The notes under the pieces: model-generated
Database searches by the model: none
The model's input: the letters and a program-made list of their open reading frames with translations, nothing else
What the model was told of the DNA's origin: nothing
Shown: in pieces, positions 27,490 through 41,129 of the stretch
How the letters are laid out: every line of letters starts with the position of its first letter
Position numbering within the stretch: position 1 is the first letter of the stretch
NCBI RefSeq assembly: GCF_000150275.1
Contig: NW_002060976.1
Span: forward strand, 5,626 to 69,625
Direction: 5' to 3'
Length of the DNA stretch: 64,000 bases
Source: Trichoplax adhaerens
Lineage: Eukaryota; Animalia; Placozoa
Position numbers and translations under genes: made by a program

Positions 27490-27605
27490 AAGCAGAATCT
27501 TCCAAATCCATCGTGAATGAGTTACTTAACTTGAAAGGTATTCACTTTTCATGATTCCATTCTCGTTCACTAAAGAATTTGGGTTTTCTATGCCATGATA
27601 ACATC
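27490..27605 (-). pseudogene. Remnant of an Apaf-1-like beta-propeller exon
   Basis: Translates MLSWHRKPKFFSEREWNHEK* vs copy A ILSWHRNNPSSFSEREWNIEK. Confidence 0.7.
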
Positions 27606-29037
27606 TATGAAATTCAACGACTGGACTAAGAATTCGGCATTGATATGCTATATGGCTGATGATGATAATCAACTATGTTTCCTATTCAGGCAATTTGGAT
27701 GCAATAAAAGTGTTATAATATTGTACTTTATCTAGTTCCAAATTAATCTCATCCACGCCAGGTCTGTGTAGCTTAATGGCTTTATCGCAAATGTTTCGGA
27801 GTAGCAGAAATGGTATAATTATTGAATTACATTAATAAGCTGATACGAAGTAAAATTTTAATGAAAGAAAGAAAGAAGGGTAAATCGTACAGTATTTGGT
27901 TAACAAAGAAAATCAATCGTTTTTCATTCTTTTTCTAGTTGTTTGGATATAGTAAAAGCATCTCGCTATTTCATCTAATTCGAATTAACTTAGGCCAAAA
28001 AGTTCGGATAGATTTCAAAGGCTATTGTAGTAATGCTTGGAAATAACTAAGGCCGTATGCATACTAGTAATGATCGACAAGAATCTAATGTCAGCGCATC
28101 TTGAAACTATTACAGTAGGTCTTCAATATAACAATTTTAAAATTGAATTATCAATGTAGCTAAGTTAGCTCCATTACAGAATAGATTAGCCAATGCAAGA
28201 AAATCTGCTATTAATGAATCGATTATATGTCTAATGTCACAAACAAAGTTATCAGAAAAGACGCATATCACATTTGAATAATGAAAATCAGAATGTGTTA
28301 TTCCTACTATTTATCTGGATTCAATTTGTTTTATTAGCAGTAGCCATCAGGCAGGTCTTCATCATTTGGACTATATTTTGCTATCAATTCAGATAACTGT
28401 AGGTTCCAAGGAATATCACATATTTTAAAGTAATGAATGGGTAGATTCGCTTATAATTATATTGTTTTAGTATCATAAATATACAAATGGGAAAGATCGT
28501 TATTATATACGAGGAAAAGCTTGTTTGATCATAAGTTATCATTTTTGAAGTAGAGGGGCTTAAAATCCAATTTTACGATATTTTCTTTGTATTTTTTCAA
28601 GAATATTCGACCAAAATGGTTTAGTATCTATATAAATAATTATTTTATCGTTCTTAATTACTGGTAACACAGCATGAAATAATTCGATTAAAAGGATTGT
28701 ATCAAGTTCTTATCATAACTCTTACAGCATAATGATCTCCGTTTTCTTATAGAATGATCTTACCTCAATGGGACTCATAAGGATACTGTAATTAATTCAG
28801 TTCAAAGTGCTAATAATTATTTAAAAAATCATATGATTGTCAATTATTAAAAAATTGTTATCGTACTTTGCTATTAAAATAAATTGATCGTTTCAAGGAA
28901 CGTGTTGAGCCCTATACGTGTACATTATTACGATTTATCATGTCACTGTGAGTAATATTTGCTTCTTTCCGTCCCAAACTTCAGTAAACGCATCTTTTTC
29001 TATCCCTTTATGCAGCGATGATTATTTATAATCGATA

Positions 29038-29280
29038 TCAACAAAACCGATAAAAATTATCATCACTCCTTGACTGCAATAATTGTAGAAATTCGGAGAT
29101 GCGTTCTTTATAATCATCACAGTCACATTTCAGTTCGTAAACTTCTTCATGCGACATTATCAGTATACCTCGTAGATCATATAAATTAGTTAATATCGGA
29201 AGTTTATAACTTATAAGCGAATAGCTTTTCTTAATAAGTAAGTTATAATCGTGTATCGAAACTAACGATCTAAGTTTCAA
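29038..29280 (-). pseudogene. CARD/death-fold-like exon remnant
   Basis: ILTNLYDLRGILIMSHEEVYELK...KERISEFLQLLQSRSDDNFYRFC* follows the CARD pattern (LxxLxxxGxLxxEExxxI...RxxxLLxxLxxRxxxxFxxF). It is preceded by an AG acceptor and ends in a premature stop. Confidence 0.55.
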
Positions 29281-31213
29281 CTAGAAGTGACTTGGAATAG
29301 GAGAACAACAAATAGATGTGTCATAGGACTACCTTTACCCCTACGTTTAGTTTATTATTCACCTTGGAAAGGTCCAGCAAGTTTCATGTACTTTTAAAGA
29401 GTTGCTTACATTATATAGTATGTCCTAATTGAGTCATTATTGTTTTATTATTTGTTATGAATTTTCGTATGCGCTATAATTTTAATTATACTCGTTTACG
29501 TACAGTATATAGTAATATAGTGAGCGAACAAAATATAAAGAGTAGACAGTTTTATTAAGACAGTCAACTTGCAGTTGCATCTGTATTCTTTAGCATGAAC
29601 ATGTTAAGTTAAGGTGTAAAAGAGGCACAATAATAGCTAAGCACAAATACGACGTGCTTTAACTTTTATATTCTTCAATGTTGTTATTATTATTATTCGT
29701 GGGTATTTTTATACTGCTGTTTGCATATAAATGCAGTATTGTATAATAGTAGTGAAATAGAAAAAAGTTACTTAAAATACTCGAACATAGCTGGTGATAC
29801 TTCGTGTACTTCACTTAACTATGCAATCAGTAAATTCTCTGTTATGTGTGAGTATAATACTCCACTTTGTGCTTGGTAACATGTAATTTTAAGTAAAAAA
29901 GAAACACTGTGTCACTGCGTGTACAATGTACAGTAATGACATTTCGAAAGTGTTACGATTACTGCAGTGTTTACAGTATGACATAGAATAACTAAGTTTG
30001 GACCATAGGAATGAACCTCTATGGCAAAGACTTTCAAGTGTTAGGAAGGCTTAATATAGATTCCGGAGACATACAACGGATAATCCGCCGTCGAAGGCAC
30101 AAAATCGGGGAGCTTTTTTAGGGTGATAGGGTTGAGGATTTTGTCATGGATTACCTGACTGTACCGGACCATAGAGCTTTTTTCTTATGCTTCCGTAATA
30201 GCCTCTGTTACGAACTGAGATTTTCGTTAGTTTATATTGATACAGTTTCTATGTTATAAGCTCACTACAACTTTAACTTATTATGTTTGACTATAGTAAC
30301 ACAATCACTTAGGCATAAAATTTGCAGTATGTAAGTTCATAGAAGGGGTTATAGATAAAATAGTTGCCTGAATACGTTTCTGATATGTTATCATTTGTTA
30401 TGAATTAATTATCGGCTATTATCTTATTATAAGAATGTTATCGTATTCGTTGGTATTGCAAGATGTCGTTAGTAAACCGTTAGCTTTGTTCGACTGTATC
30501 GCGGTATAGCAAGGACAATAAAGTTTAGTTCAATACTCTAGCTCTACTGGGCTCGTCTGGAGATTTCTAGCAAATCTTTCTTGTTACAAAGTAGAAGAGT
30601 TTCGTAAACGTAGCAGCCTAACTTCTACGCTAGATTTGTGGCTTAAAGATTTTACGGTCTTAGACCGACATAGATTCTGTAGCAACGTTAAAGCACCTAA
30701 TCTTCAGGCATACTAACACATTAGGGCAGAGCTTATAAGCTGTTAGTTCCGGCTCTCAATACTTGGTATATTGTACGAGTAAATAACGCATTTCACCATC
30801 AGTCAAGGCCCACTAACATACTTTATTCTATGCAAACTATTACAGCTTCAATCTAGTGTGTTAGACCTAGTTGCAAACTCTTTTTGACGCTGTAATAATG
30901 GTGAACCCTAGTCGTTATTGTCGGGGAATTACGATGTCAAAACAATTGAATTTTATTATAAATTGATTATAATCATATGCTTTATTACATTATGAAAGTG
31001 AATTTAACATAGTTTAGAGGCATTTACGCATGTTACTAACCCTAATTCTAGCCTCAACACTAATTCCGTATAAATTTTTATGCTGTACACCCTTATAACT
31101 CTTTTATACTAATTCCTGATAAATAATGCTAATAGCTTCGTAATTCGTTCAAAATAAGAAAATAAATATTATGTATAGTATTAAAGATACTATCATACTG
31201 AATAATAATTTTA

Positions 31214-33586
31214 CCTCAAATAAGTAAATATCGTCAATATTCTTAGTCAACCTGGCTGCAAGGAGAATATCATTAACGCAAGCCAAATCTATACTTAGTA
31301 TCTCAGTGGTGCTTCATGGTCGATTGGTTAGTGAAAATTTATATTTACATTTATATATTTTAGCATTCTGTACTTCTACAAAATCTTGGATATTATGCTT
31401 CTGGATATTAAGTCCTTGGTTCGCTAAAATAAGTTATAAAGAGCAAGACTTTAACACTATCAGTCCAATTGCAATCTATCCTAGTAACTTACCTTATAAA
31501 CTGTAATCATGACTAGTCTATGACTATCGCTTACTGTTCTTTGACTACTAAGAATTCTTTACATCTATTCAATCGTATAGTAAAATTTGATATAGACTAA
31601 GAAACTGTAATACTAATAATACCCATCCCTTCAGTATCGATGGGTATTCAGTCAATGATTGGTACGGCATGTAGTTAGTAATGTAAATCAGATGTTTGCA
31701 AAAGTATCCGTCATCCTCACTTTGATAAACAGCGACGGTAATTGCAATACGTTTTATAGATGAGGTCGTGATTTAGCTCTTTATGATACTTTCACTAGAG
31801 AACTGAGTGCTTTTGGTAGATAGTTGTAAACAATATTTATTCAAATAAATCTTTTAGAATGTATAGAAGACTATCTATTTCCCGATAAAGAGCACTTACT
31901 TATACTTTCTATAAATTATGCTGCGATGTCAGAATTTTAAGAACAGCGTCAATCGGGTTTATAATTTGTGATTAAGGGGTCGATGAGTAGCGGTAGCGAG
32001 CTTCGTTACCATTTCAAGAATTATTACGCCAAGGTTGTAGTAGAAAATGGATACTTTATTGCCGATTATAAGTTGCGTACTGTGTGGTAGTTACTGCTGA
32101 ATAGCGTGTAAGCTATCGCGAAATAACGTGAGAAATACCGTGCTATCTTGGCTGCTAAAGTAGCTAACTATCTGAGGATGTAGCTATTAGTTTTTATCGC
32201 CTTAGCGAGAACACATACAGAGAACAAGATTGCAGAATTAGATATAACATATACCATAACAGTCTCTACAATAGCAAAGGACTGCAAGAATGCAGCAAAG
32301 ACTCGAGCTGCCTCGAGTATTTAAACGTGACAGTTACGTTTGTGCATATGGGGAAAGATTGATAAAGTTATCTACATTGCGAACAACTTAGAATGGCTAT
32401 GAGGATATGCTACAAGTACAATAAAATCTTAACCCTATAATAAATCGTTTCTTCTAATTCCTTTCTGTCGGTCACTCTGTTAGCTGCCGTAAACAATTTT
32501 AATTTCATTATAGGCCTAATCTAGTCTTTTAATTTATTAGCTAATTTTGGGAGAATCTTTCGGTCTATCTTGAACGGAATCCGTTCTGTTATCGTAGAGA
32601 CTTGACTCCAATATTTGAAAGGAATAGCAGCGCAAGGATTAGAAATCTTTTATCTCGTATAATCGACTTTGGCGTGCATAATTTTTGTAATTTTTTAGGA
32701 TATCGAAATCTAATGTGTTCAATTCGTACTCTTCTGAATTTAATTTAAAATTATTGGATGCTTTGCAGCGATAACAAGGATCAGCTAGCAATGATGAATT
32801 CCGATAGCCCCAGATTCTTTCCTAAGCTGTAGAAGTTTCTTTTCGATTGAATACTCTACCTTCACCTATTAAGTTGTTATTGGTGATAGGTAAATGACTT
32901 AACAATGTAGTATAACTAATTTCATCTATTATTCCACGATATTCGATCAGTAATAGTTTAGAAGACTTCTTTGACGCTCCCTCGAATACCCTATCGATAA
33001 ATTTTCTGCCTAAGTCTTCGATATCGATAAGGGAAGTTCCTTGGCCTTTACAGATTCAAATGTTGATGATATGTGATTTAGAACTCTATTAACAACGGTA
33101 TTGGCCAAATTTTACAAATTACTCACTGAATTGGTCTGTCCAAGCTTAATAATCTGACATTCCAACATTCTGCACGTATCGTATACGATTAAAGACATTA
33201 TTGGAAGAATTACGTCATGACATGGTAGTAAAGTATTAGTAATTTCGCTGCTTTGTCCATTGCAGATTGACTTTTGACCTTGTAGGCGGCAGAAGATAAC
33301 AGGCTTATCGAATATCCACCGATGATGCAATTTCTGGTCCAACGAAAGAGACAGTCGGTTTGAGAAAGTCAGAAATAGTCATCTGGAAATGCAGCACAGA
33401 CTTTTCTGCAGCTGCGTCTTCATCATGTTTGGAAATTACGGTATACGCGTGTAATGTCTATTTTTCAATAAATCTTCTCACACGCATAGTCATAAAGTCT
33501 TTAAGAGTTTGCCTATGGATAGTATTAAAATTTTCGAAAGCTGGAACTGATTTTGAGTTATGGCCATAATCTTGTTGTTCTGACAT
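31214..33586 (-). pseudogene. Pseudogenised third copy of the novel-N-terminus Apaf-1-like gene, with the NB-ARC core missing
   Basis: From ATG 33586, frameshifted and stop-ridden homology: FQMTISDFLKPTVSFVGPEIASSVDI, MSLIVYDTCRMLECQII, RIWGYRNSSLLADPC...NSEEYELNTL. At ~31690-31790: YHKELNHDLIYKTY.../EDDGYFCKHLI, matching the helical-domain exon of copy A. The 3' limit is approximate. Confidence 0.8.
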
Positions 33587-33799
33587 AATTACTGTTTCTC
33601 TAAATATTTTCCTACAAAAACAGTATCTTGCGTTACAGGAGGTATTATAACAAGAGTGGTAGGATTGCTCTCAGATTTCACTAAGAAGAATGCACGCTAT
33701 TAGAAATTGATGCGGAAGAAAATTGGGTAGTGAAAGACTACAGTATTTCTGAAATCTATACAGCACACGGCATAAAGTTACTGAACCTCTGACAGGTCT

Positions 33800-33874
33800 A
33801 TCAAATGATAATACTATCTGTTAAATGAGCACATTATCGTAAACCGTCAGCAAAGCGACGGGAGTTTGCACTAG
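33800..33874 (+). mobile_element. Helitron-like 3' end, third copy
   Basis: About 75 bp similar to 26240-26323, ending CCGTCAGCAAAGCGACGGGAGTTTGCACTAG|T. Confidence 0.65.
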
Positions 33875-34744
33875 TATTCTTTATAACGTAAGAAAAGGTA
33901 TTATTACAAGAATGGTCACTGTAAGTTGTTTAGGTGTTCTTTATTACAGTAAATTTTTTTACCATAAGCAGTCTAGGTGCTCACCATTACAGTGTATTTT
34001 TAAACTTAAAAATCTTGTTTACGAAGTTTAGACTTTGATTTGGCCTGCTGTGATACCAAAAGAATCAACCTGCTGTGCATCGAAGGCACCTGATTGGCAA
34101 TAAGAAAAATAATTACAAGATTCGCGATCGGCTGCTATGCTACATAAGACGACGTCAATACTAAGTATAATAAACTAAATTAATTCTATCTTTTCCTTCA
34201 TTTAGATCTGTCAGTATCATTGTACTTATACGCTTGTTCGTTTCTTTACACAGCAACGATTGATTTTTCCTTATCACAGGTTTATTCATTAATATTAGTA
34301 TTTCATCGATCTCGGATACGAAAATACCGTAAATTGTATTTTTGTTGCAATAGTCATATTGTAGATCTTATGATAAAGGATTTATTGAACATCTTAGTCT
34401 ACTGATAGAAAATTTCTCTAGAGCGAACATCTCGTTGAGAAACCAAAGCTTTTTGAGGAAATGATAATGCCTTACGGAAGTATGAAACCCAACATAGTCC
34501 ATAGAAGTAGGAAATAGTACAGAACATCCAGCAATGATTGAGGCTCAGACAGATGGCAACATTTATTTGGAGTATTGTGAATTCAGTATTTATACAGTAC
34601 GCGAGTATTACGAGAGAGAGATTTGCCTGTATTCACTTTAAGCATTTTATACAATAACATTTACATCATTGATAAATAATTCAATATTCTGATTATAATT
34701 TGCAAACAGGAATGGTAAATAACATGGTAAATCTATCGTGCGTG

Positions 34745-35760
34745 AGTGCCTTAACTTGGTAGGCATCCTCTTTTCATAATTCCATTCTCGTTCACTGATG
34801 CATTTATGGTTGTTCGATACCATGAAAACATCTGTGAGCTTTTAGAAATGCATTCTTATCCTTTAGTTTCGACTGCTCAACTAATAATTTATTACATGAT
34901 TTCGCCGTTATCTTCTATTAACCACGTCTGCTATAATATCATGATTTAGAATTGTAATTAATAATATATACTGCATGCTTTCTTAACACTTCATGTGGTT
35001 TACTGCATTATATTTTACCGCACTGGAGCGTATAGTACTGTCATATATGATATTGCATCGAATTTAGTATATAAATTCATCGTTCATATGAATAGCTGCA
35101 ACTGTAGATTATTATTAATTGAGCATGTTACTGAGACATTCTCATGTGCTCCTACATATGATTCAAGAACCACAGAAAAATAGAAGAAAATAAGTTTGTA
35201 AGACAGAAAATTGAATACGTTACTTAACGGGTTGAAAGGAGCCGTAGAAACATATAGTAAGTGCAAACGATCGTAACCATATTACCGCAGAGTTTCTTTT
35301 GTCCATTGATGAAGTGACAATAAGGCAGCCTTGATATGGTGGAAACTTTAAGCTTTGGATTTCTAGACCTGAAGTCAATCCAATCGCCATTTGTCGGAAA
35401 GTTTAGTTTTCGATGATCTTTAGCGTTCTTATCTCCCAAATCCTTTTCACCTTTCCATTGGAATACTTCGTATCGAAAATATTCTATCTTATTTAAGTTT
35501 TTAACTGACCATACTTTGTAAAATGTGATATAGTTACAGATTGATAGTCATTTAGTGAGGCTTCATAAATTACAATTACTCCTAAATATTACCCCAAATT
35601 TTCGTGCTCTTTAGTCTAACACTGTTTCAACTTATAATTGTAAAAGATTTTGTATACCTGCTTATATCTTTTGGTTCCCTGCAATAAGCTAATTTGTATA
35701 TGCAGAGAGAACTATTTATACCAATAATACGAATTTTCTCCATCTAATATTTGGAATAGT
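34745..35760 (-). pseudogene. Remnant of another Apaf-1-like paralogue (beta-propeller exons)
   Basis: TWLIEDNGEIM**...SSQMFSWYR/SEREWNYEK vs copy A TWIIDDKEVVMQQ...SRILSWHR...SEREWNIEK; KDHRKLNF (35400-35425) vs EDHRKLNF (4655-4680); multiple stops. Confidence 0.75.
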
Positions 35761-36531
35761 TTTAGCTGATGGATGATAGGACGTAGGTTAGTGACAGTCT
35801 ACTTGAACATGAAAAATAAACTTATGTTCATTATCAGCTTACATGCGATTCGCAGTAATAATTTATGGCTTCCTGAGAGGAATAGAAATAGAATTACTCA
35901 GGGGATAAATCAGTAGAATGAAGTAATTCGTAATAAGCGTAAAAATAGTTTTATTAATTCATTCTATACCAGATATTATACAACAAGTCTCTCACAATAT
36001 ACAATAAAGTATTCCTAAATATCGCTGGGTGTTGACGCCATCTCGATTATATCTGAAAGCGTCGCGATAACTACCATCGAGCATCGACTGCTTGAATTAA
36101 TAACGTATGATTATAATCTAGCATAATGACTTAATAAAATATAAATAGAATTGGATCCATCAGGCTGTACAGACATGGTACATCAGCGTACAAATCTATT
36201 AACTATCACAACGATAGCTATTCCGACTCAATACAAGGATGCGATAACCTTCTATCTTTAATTAAGTAAATTTCAATTTTAAATAGTGCTGCATTATCGT
36301 ATTCAAACTGGTAACGCTATAACTATGCATTCGTATGCCAATAATTCGATATCTAGCCTTGAAACATTTTGGTGTTACATGTCAGCAATGGTATGGGATA
36401 ACCACAAAGTAGACTTTGGAAACAATTTTTCATTGCAATACCAGTCATTGGAATTTTTGTGTCATCCCACGGTTTGGAACAATTGCTCGTGATACCACGA
36501 TAATTTGATTTAATCTTTACACTATTAAGAG

Positions 36532-39500
36532 TTAGGTCGCAATTGTCACAATGTCTCTTAACCAAAACGTGATAGTAATCTCATTAAATCTATTTAGTAT
36601 CTCAAAGATTTCATCGCGCGGCAAATTTTCCCAGTACATGATATCTTCGATATGGTGTCTTCCATCGAAATATTTGCATAGCCTATAAATATTTTAAGTA
36701 ATGAAAATTCTAACAAACTATCCAATCGAACGTAAAGATCATGACTGATAGGTTGCGTATGCAACAATACCTGATAAAGAACTGTATTTCTTCCTTTTGC
36801 TTCGTGCCCACATATTTCATGATTGTAGCCTTGTGACTGTCAGTTAAGTATGCAAGATTTGGTAACTGCCTAGATAACCTTTCCGCATCTTCTTCACTTA
36901 ATTTGTTTTCGTATAATTCGAAATTTAATTCTCTAATCTCAAGCTTACATATCAGCAATATATATCGATGTTGCTACAATATACAAGGATACATACCAAT
37001 ATATTAAGAATTACAATATTACCTTCTTTCCTTACTTCGCTTATGTTGCAAAATTTTGTAAGAATTACAAATTGTTAGAGCTATTAGCTAACCTGCATTA
37101 TCACTCGATTCTTTAGCATCCAAATAACTATTTTTCCTAACTAAATAATAAATTAACTTTATAACGGGATTGTTTCTATTCTAATTTCAATACATATATA
37201 TAGCTCATCAAGATCGTATTACCATATCTTTACTTAAGTTAAACTTTTCAATATGCTCTTTAAGTGGGCGCAAAGCTGCAGAGAATTCGCTCATGAATAC
37301 GGGCATGAATAAGCCGACAAATTGATTGGAGAATTCCTCCATTAATGGTGATGATCTAGAAAGGGCAAACAGGAAGAATAAATCCGATTAAAACATGCAG
37401 ATTACTTGGCTGCTAATTAATGCAAGTACACATATGTATCAGATTGAGTGATAGCGCAATTACATATCTATTGGAGCCTCCGGTGTTAATATATAGACAT
37501 TTGTTTCGCAGATGGGATATATAATGGATGCTTTACCCCAAAATACAAGGTGACTTGCCAAATGCTTAACCTTAGAACATAGATTTTCAAGGCTATAAAT
37601 TATACTACGGCTGATTTACGACAAAAACTATTTGCTAAATACCTGATTTAGTGTTAAGTCTGCATCGAAGGCCAGGGCTAGTAAACTAAATACCGAATAC
37701 AAAGATTGTGATTTAACTCATCCTTCAACCTAGCAATGGCGTCCATTTCAAAATCATAAATTAGTTCGAATAATAAATATTTCAATTACCCTCGAAAAGG
37801 CGATATGACTTGAATTAGCCGGACCAAAGCTGGGGAACAATCACCCGGCAACTGTCGTATCAGGTTATCTGGATTGGTTAGCATCATCAACGAATGATAA
37901 GGCCTAGAAAGAAATGCAGCATCAGTTGAAATAAATTTTCCGTAGTGGTACTTTTAGTACTTTATCAATATAGTACGCAAGCTTAACTTACTGTATTTTC
38001 TGGCATATTTCATCCGGATCATCAATCTAATAAAGACATTAGATTGAGGAATAAATAACATATTTTGTAAGAATTTAAAAATCAACACTTTAGCACGCGT
38101 ACTAAGTTTCATTTAGTTGAGTATCTTTGCTTCACGAGATAGAATACAGAGACAGTCACTACACTGTCACATTTTAGTTGAATTAAGAAAACTCACGCCA
38201 GAAAGGTATTCATTACCCCCACGTAGCGATGCCGATACGTTGAATGTTATATCTATCCAGTTATTGATTTTAAATTGAATCAATTCATTCTTAGTGACAC
38301 TACAACAAGTCAAGCGTAATAGCTTTAGGCAAGATTGGTCAATGAAACGGAACGTCAGACGTCAGAATAAATACTACATAAAACGATTGTTAAAAGAAAG
38401 TCTTTGCGAAATTAATAATTAACTTAGCAGATTCCGTAACCGACTATTTATACAGCCTCCTCTAATATGGAAGAGGTTAAATCTACATATGACATGAACC
38501 TACTGATCATATAACTGTTTCAGTTGATGTGCCAATAAGCTTTCATCTATGATCTTCTCATATAATACTGAATAGTTAGTCTCACCTAAGGCATCCGATG
38601 CAATTATAATTACGTAAATAGAGATCAAAATTCGATAATACTTAACTATGCAGTCAAGATAATTTTTCCATCAAGATTCTTTAATCAAAATAAGGCTACA
38701 TGAAATATATGAACTCGTACGATAAGATTTAAGCAAAATTAACCGGTAATGCATTAATATGGTGCTCCTGCGTTCACTTTACTATATATTTGATGACAGT
38801 AATTTTCTTATGAAATAATTTTTTGCTTTTAAACCAACCTTCTGCATGATCACTGTATTTGTCATATATAAATGATAGGAGATCCACTTCTTTCGACAAG
38901 TAACCGCGCCTGCACAATCAACATGTGATTCCATTTTATTAGCCATAATTTTGTTATTGTGAAGTTTTACAAGTTAATGATTGCTGTATAATATATAGCG
39001 TATGCTGATTTATTCATTCCACCTTAATTGTTCATGTTTGATTGCTGCAGCTATGCGTTGGGATAGCTTATGAAAAGCATCAATAAGTCCAGGCGGAGCA
39101 CCAACCTTAAAGTGATTAACTTCAGTTAGATTGAAGCAGTAGTTTTATCAAGACTGGTTATACGACATACTCAATTAATAGAGAAGTTTTAGATAGGCAG
39201 TGAAGAACGCACATTCCAGTACATCTAGACTGAATTTATGCAAGATACCTGTAGAACAAATGTAATATGGAGTAAATTGGTCGTTGCAGGACCTTTAAAT
39301 GAAGATGCTGGACTTCCGGAAGCAGATGACGCCGTTATTGGGTTCTATTAAGAATAATAATGTTGATCTGTTTATAGGCTGTTGTAAAAGGTTATTTGCA
39401 CAATTTCTTAATGAATACTCACCTATCGACTCCACTACATAGCGCATGCAAAAAATACCCTATTTAACTATAGTACTTGTGCATACAATTTACTGCAGCA

Positions 39501-40545
39501 ATTTTAAATTAATAAAATTTTGCATCAACGATGAAATTTTACCTCAGCATCTTTCATGATCGTTGGATAGCCAATAAATAGGATATCGTCAATGGCTAAC
39601 TCGAAGTTTTTATTGCACATGGCTTCTTTAGGAGATAAAATACTTGCCAATAGCGAGTCAGAAAAACTGCAACAAGAAGCAACCGAATCAACATACTGTG
39701 TGTAGGATAATTCAATCAATCAGTGATAGTTATTCTTTAAGACAGGCTTTGCTTGGCAATTACAAACTTTGGGTAGCATCTATGATCTTTTAGTCACTAC
39801 TCAAAACTAACTAGGCTCAACATACGCCAGATATGCCCTTGTTAATTGAATTTATGCCTACCTCCATAGCGGACATTCTATATAGCTATCTGGGGTGAAG
39901 TTGTTACTTGTAAAGCTGACACTAAAAATCAACATGGAAAGAATTAAAGATTATGCATAATCGGTTTCATATTTCATTTCTATCGTAGGATAAGCCAGCC
40001 ATAATGAGCGTCAACTACATGATTCAGTTAGGGTTATTGAGAAAATCATTTATTAGACGACAAAATATCAAGTCGAACAGAAGCGAAGACAAAACAAGGC
40101 ATAACGATGCCCAATTGTAGCTAACCTTCTTGAGCGGAGTTCCTGCTGGTCCTCTTTGAGTGCAAATAATCGAATTGACCAAGGGCAAAGCACAAAATCA
40201 TAAATATGAAATCGATCAACAATGTGTTTGTCTGTCAATGAAGTCCCTATCGTAAGGGTAAATTACTTGATTACTAGCTCATGGTTCTTAATTAACAAGA
40301 AGCCTAGCTTGAGTTTGCAGAAGCTGCTAAATGGACATCAACAAACATGTTGCTCACCGAGGTTTGTACGGCCACTATTATAGCTACTTTGTACTATACA
40401 AGATGTACCACTTCGTATTACCTTGCTTATTGGCTTTCTTCTTGTGAAGAAAAGGAGAATAGGGATACTTGAAATACAATTTTTCACCAGTATTTCCTGC
40501 TGTTGCTAAAAGAATACAAAGAAGATCGCAATTTTTTGCAGCCAT
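36532..40545 (-). CDS. NPRL3: GATOR1 complex subunit NPRL3 (multi-exon)
   Basis: Exon 1 (ATG 40545) reads [29 protein letters not shown]. Further exons: [36 protein letters not shown] (~39545-39667) and [28 protein letters not shown] (~37465-37570). The last exon [23 protein letters not shown]...IAT* ends at TAA 36534-36532. All match conserved NPRL3 blocks as I recall them. Confidence 0.93.
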
Positions 40546-41129
40546 GGCTACCAAATGTCCAATTGGCGACTGTTTTCACTTTATGGACTGCTGGACTCTG
40601 AAACTCCTTTGGACGGACAGACATTTGGCTTACTTTGGTCAATAAATTGTGCCCAACATTTCACTACGACAGTACTTTAGTAAGGAGACAGTCGATTCGG
40701 AATGGACTGATTTTTTCTAAATTAACAGTAAGTAATATTACAGTGCATTGCATTGCCTATACTAAGCTCTGCTTAGTAACAGTCAATTTAGATCATGAAT
40801 GTTATTCAAATGAATACGAATGATTTAGAGAACAGATACGGAAGATCTCTACTGAGTAAAACTATTTTTCGATATTTTCGGCCTTATTTGATATGAAAAG
40901 TCCGTCCATCCGAGGAAAGTTTCAGGTCTAAGTATTTTTTCTAGTAGCCCATAACTGTACTCAATGAACAATATACTGTTGGAAGATAGAGTAAAGTTGT
41001 ATAGTAAGCATTAAAAGTAGCCTGTATCGCTTGCTCGATCAACCTTAGGGAAGGTTTATCTGTCTGTCTGTAATGTCCGTATCGTATTGCGTTTCGTTAC
41101 CTTGTTGCATTTCAGCGACTTCAAGACTA

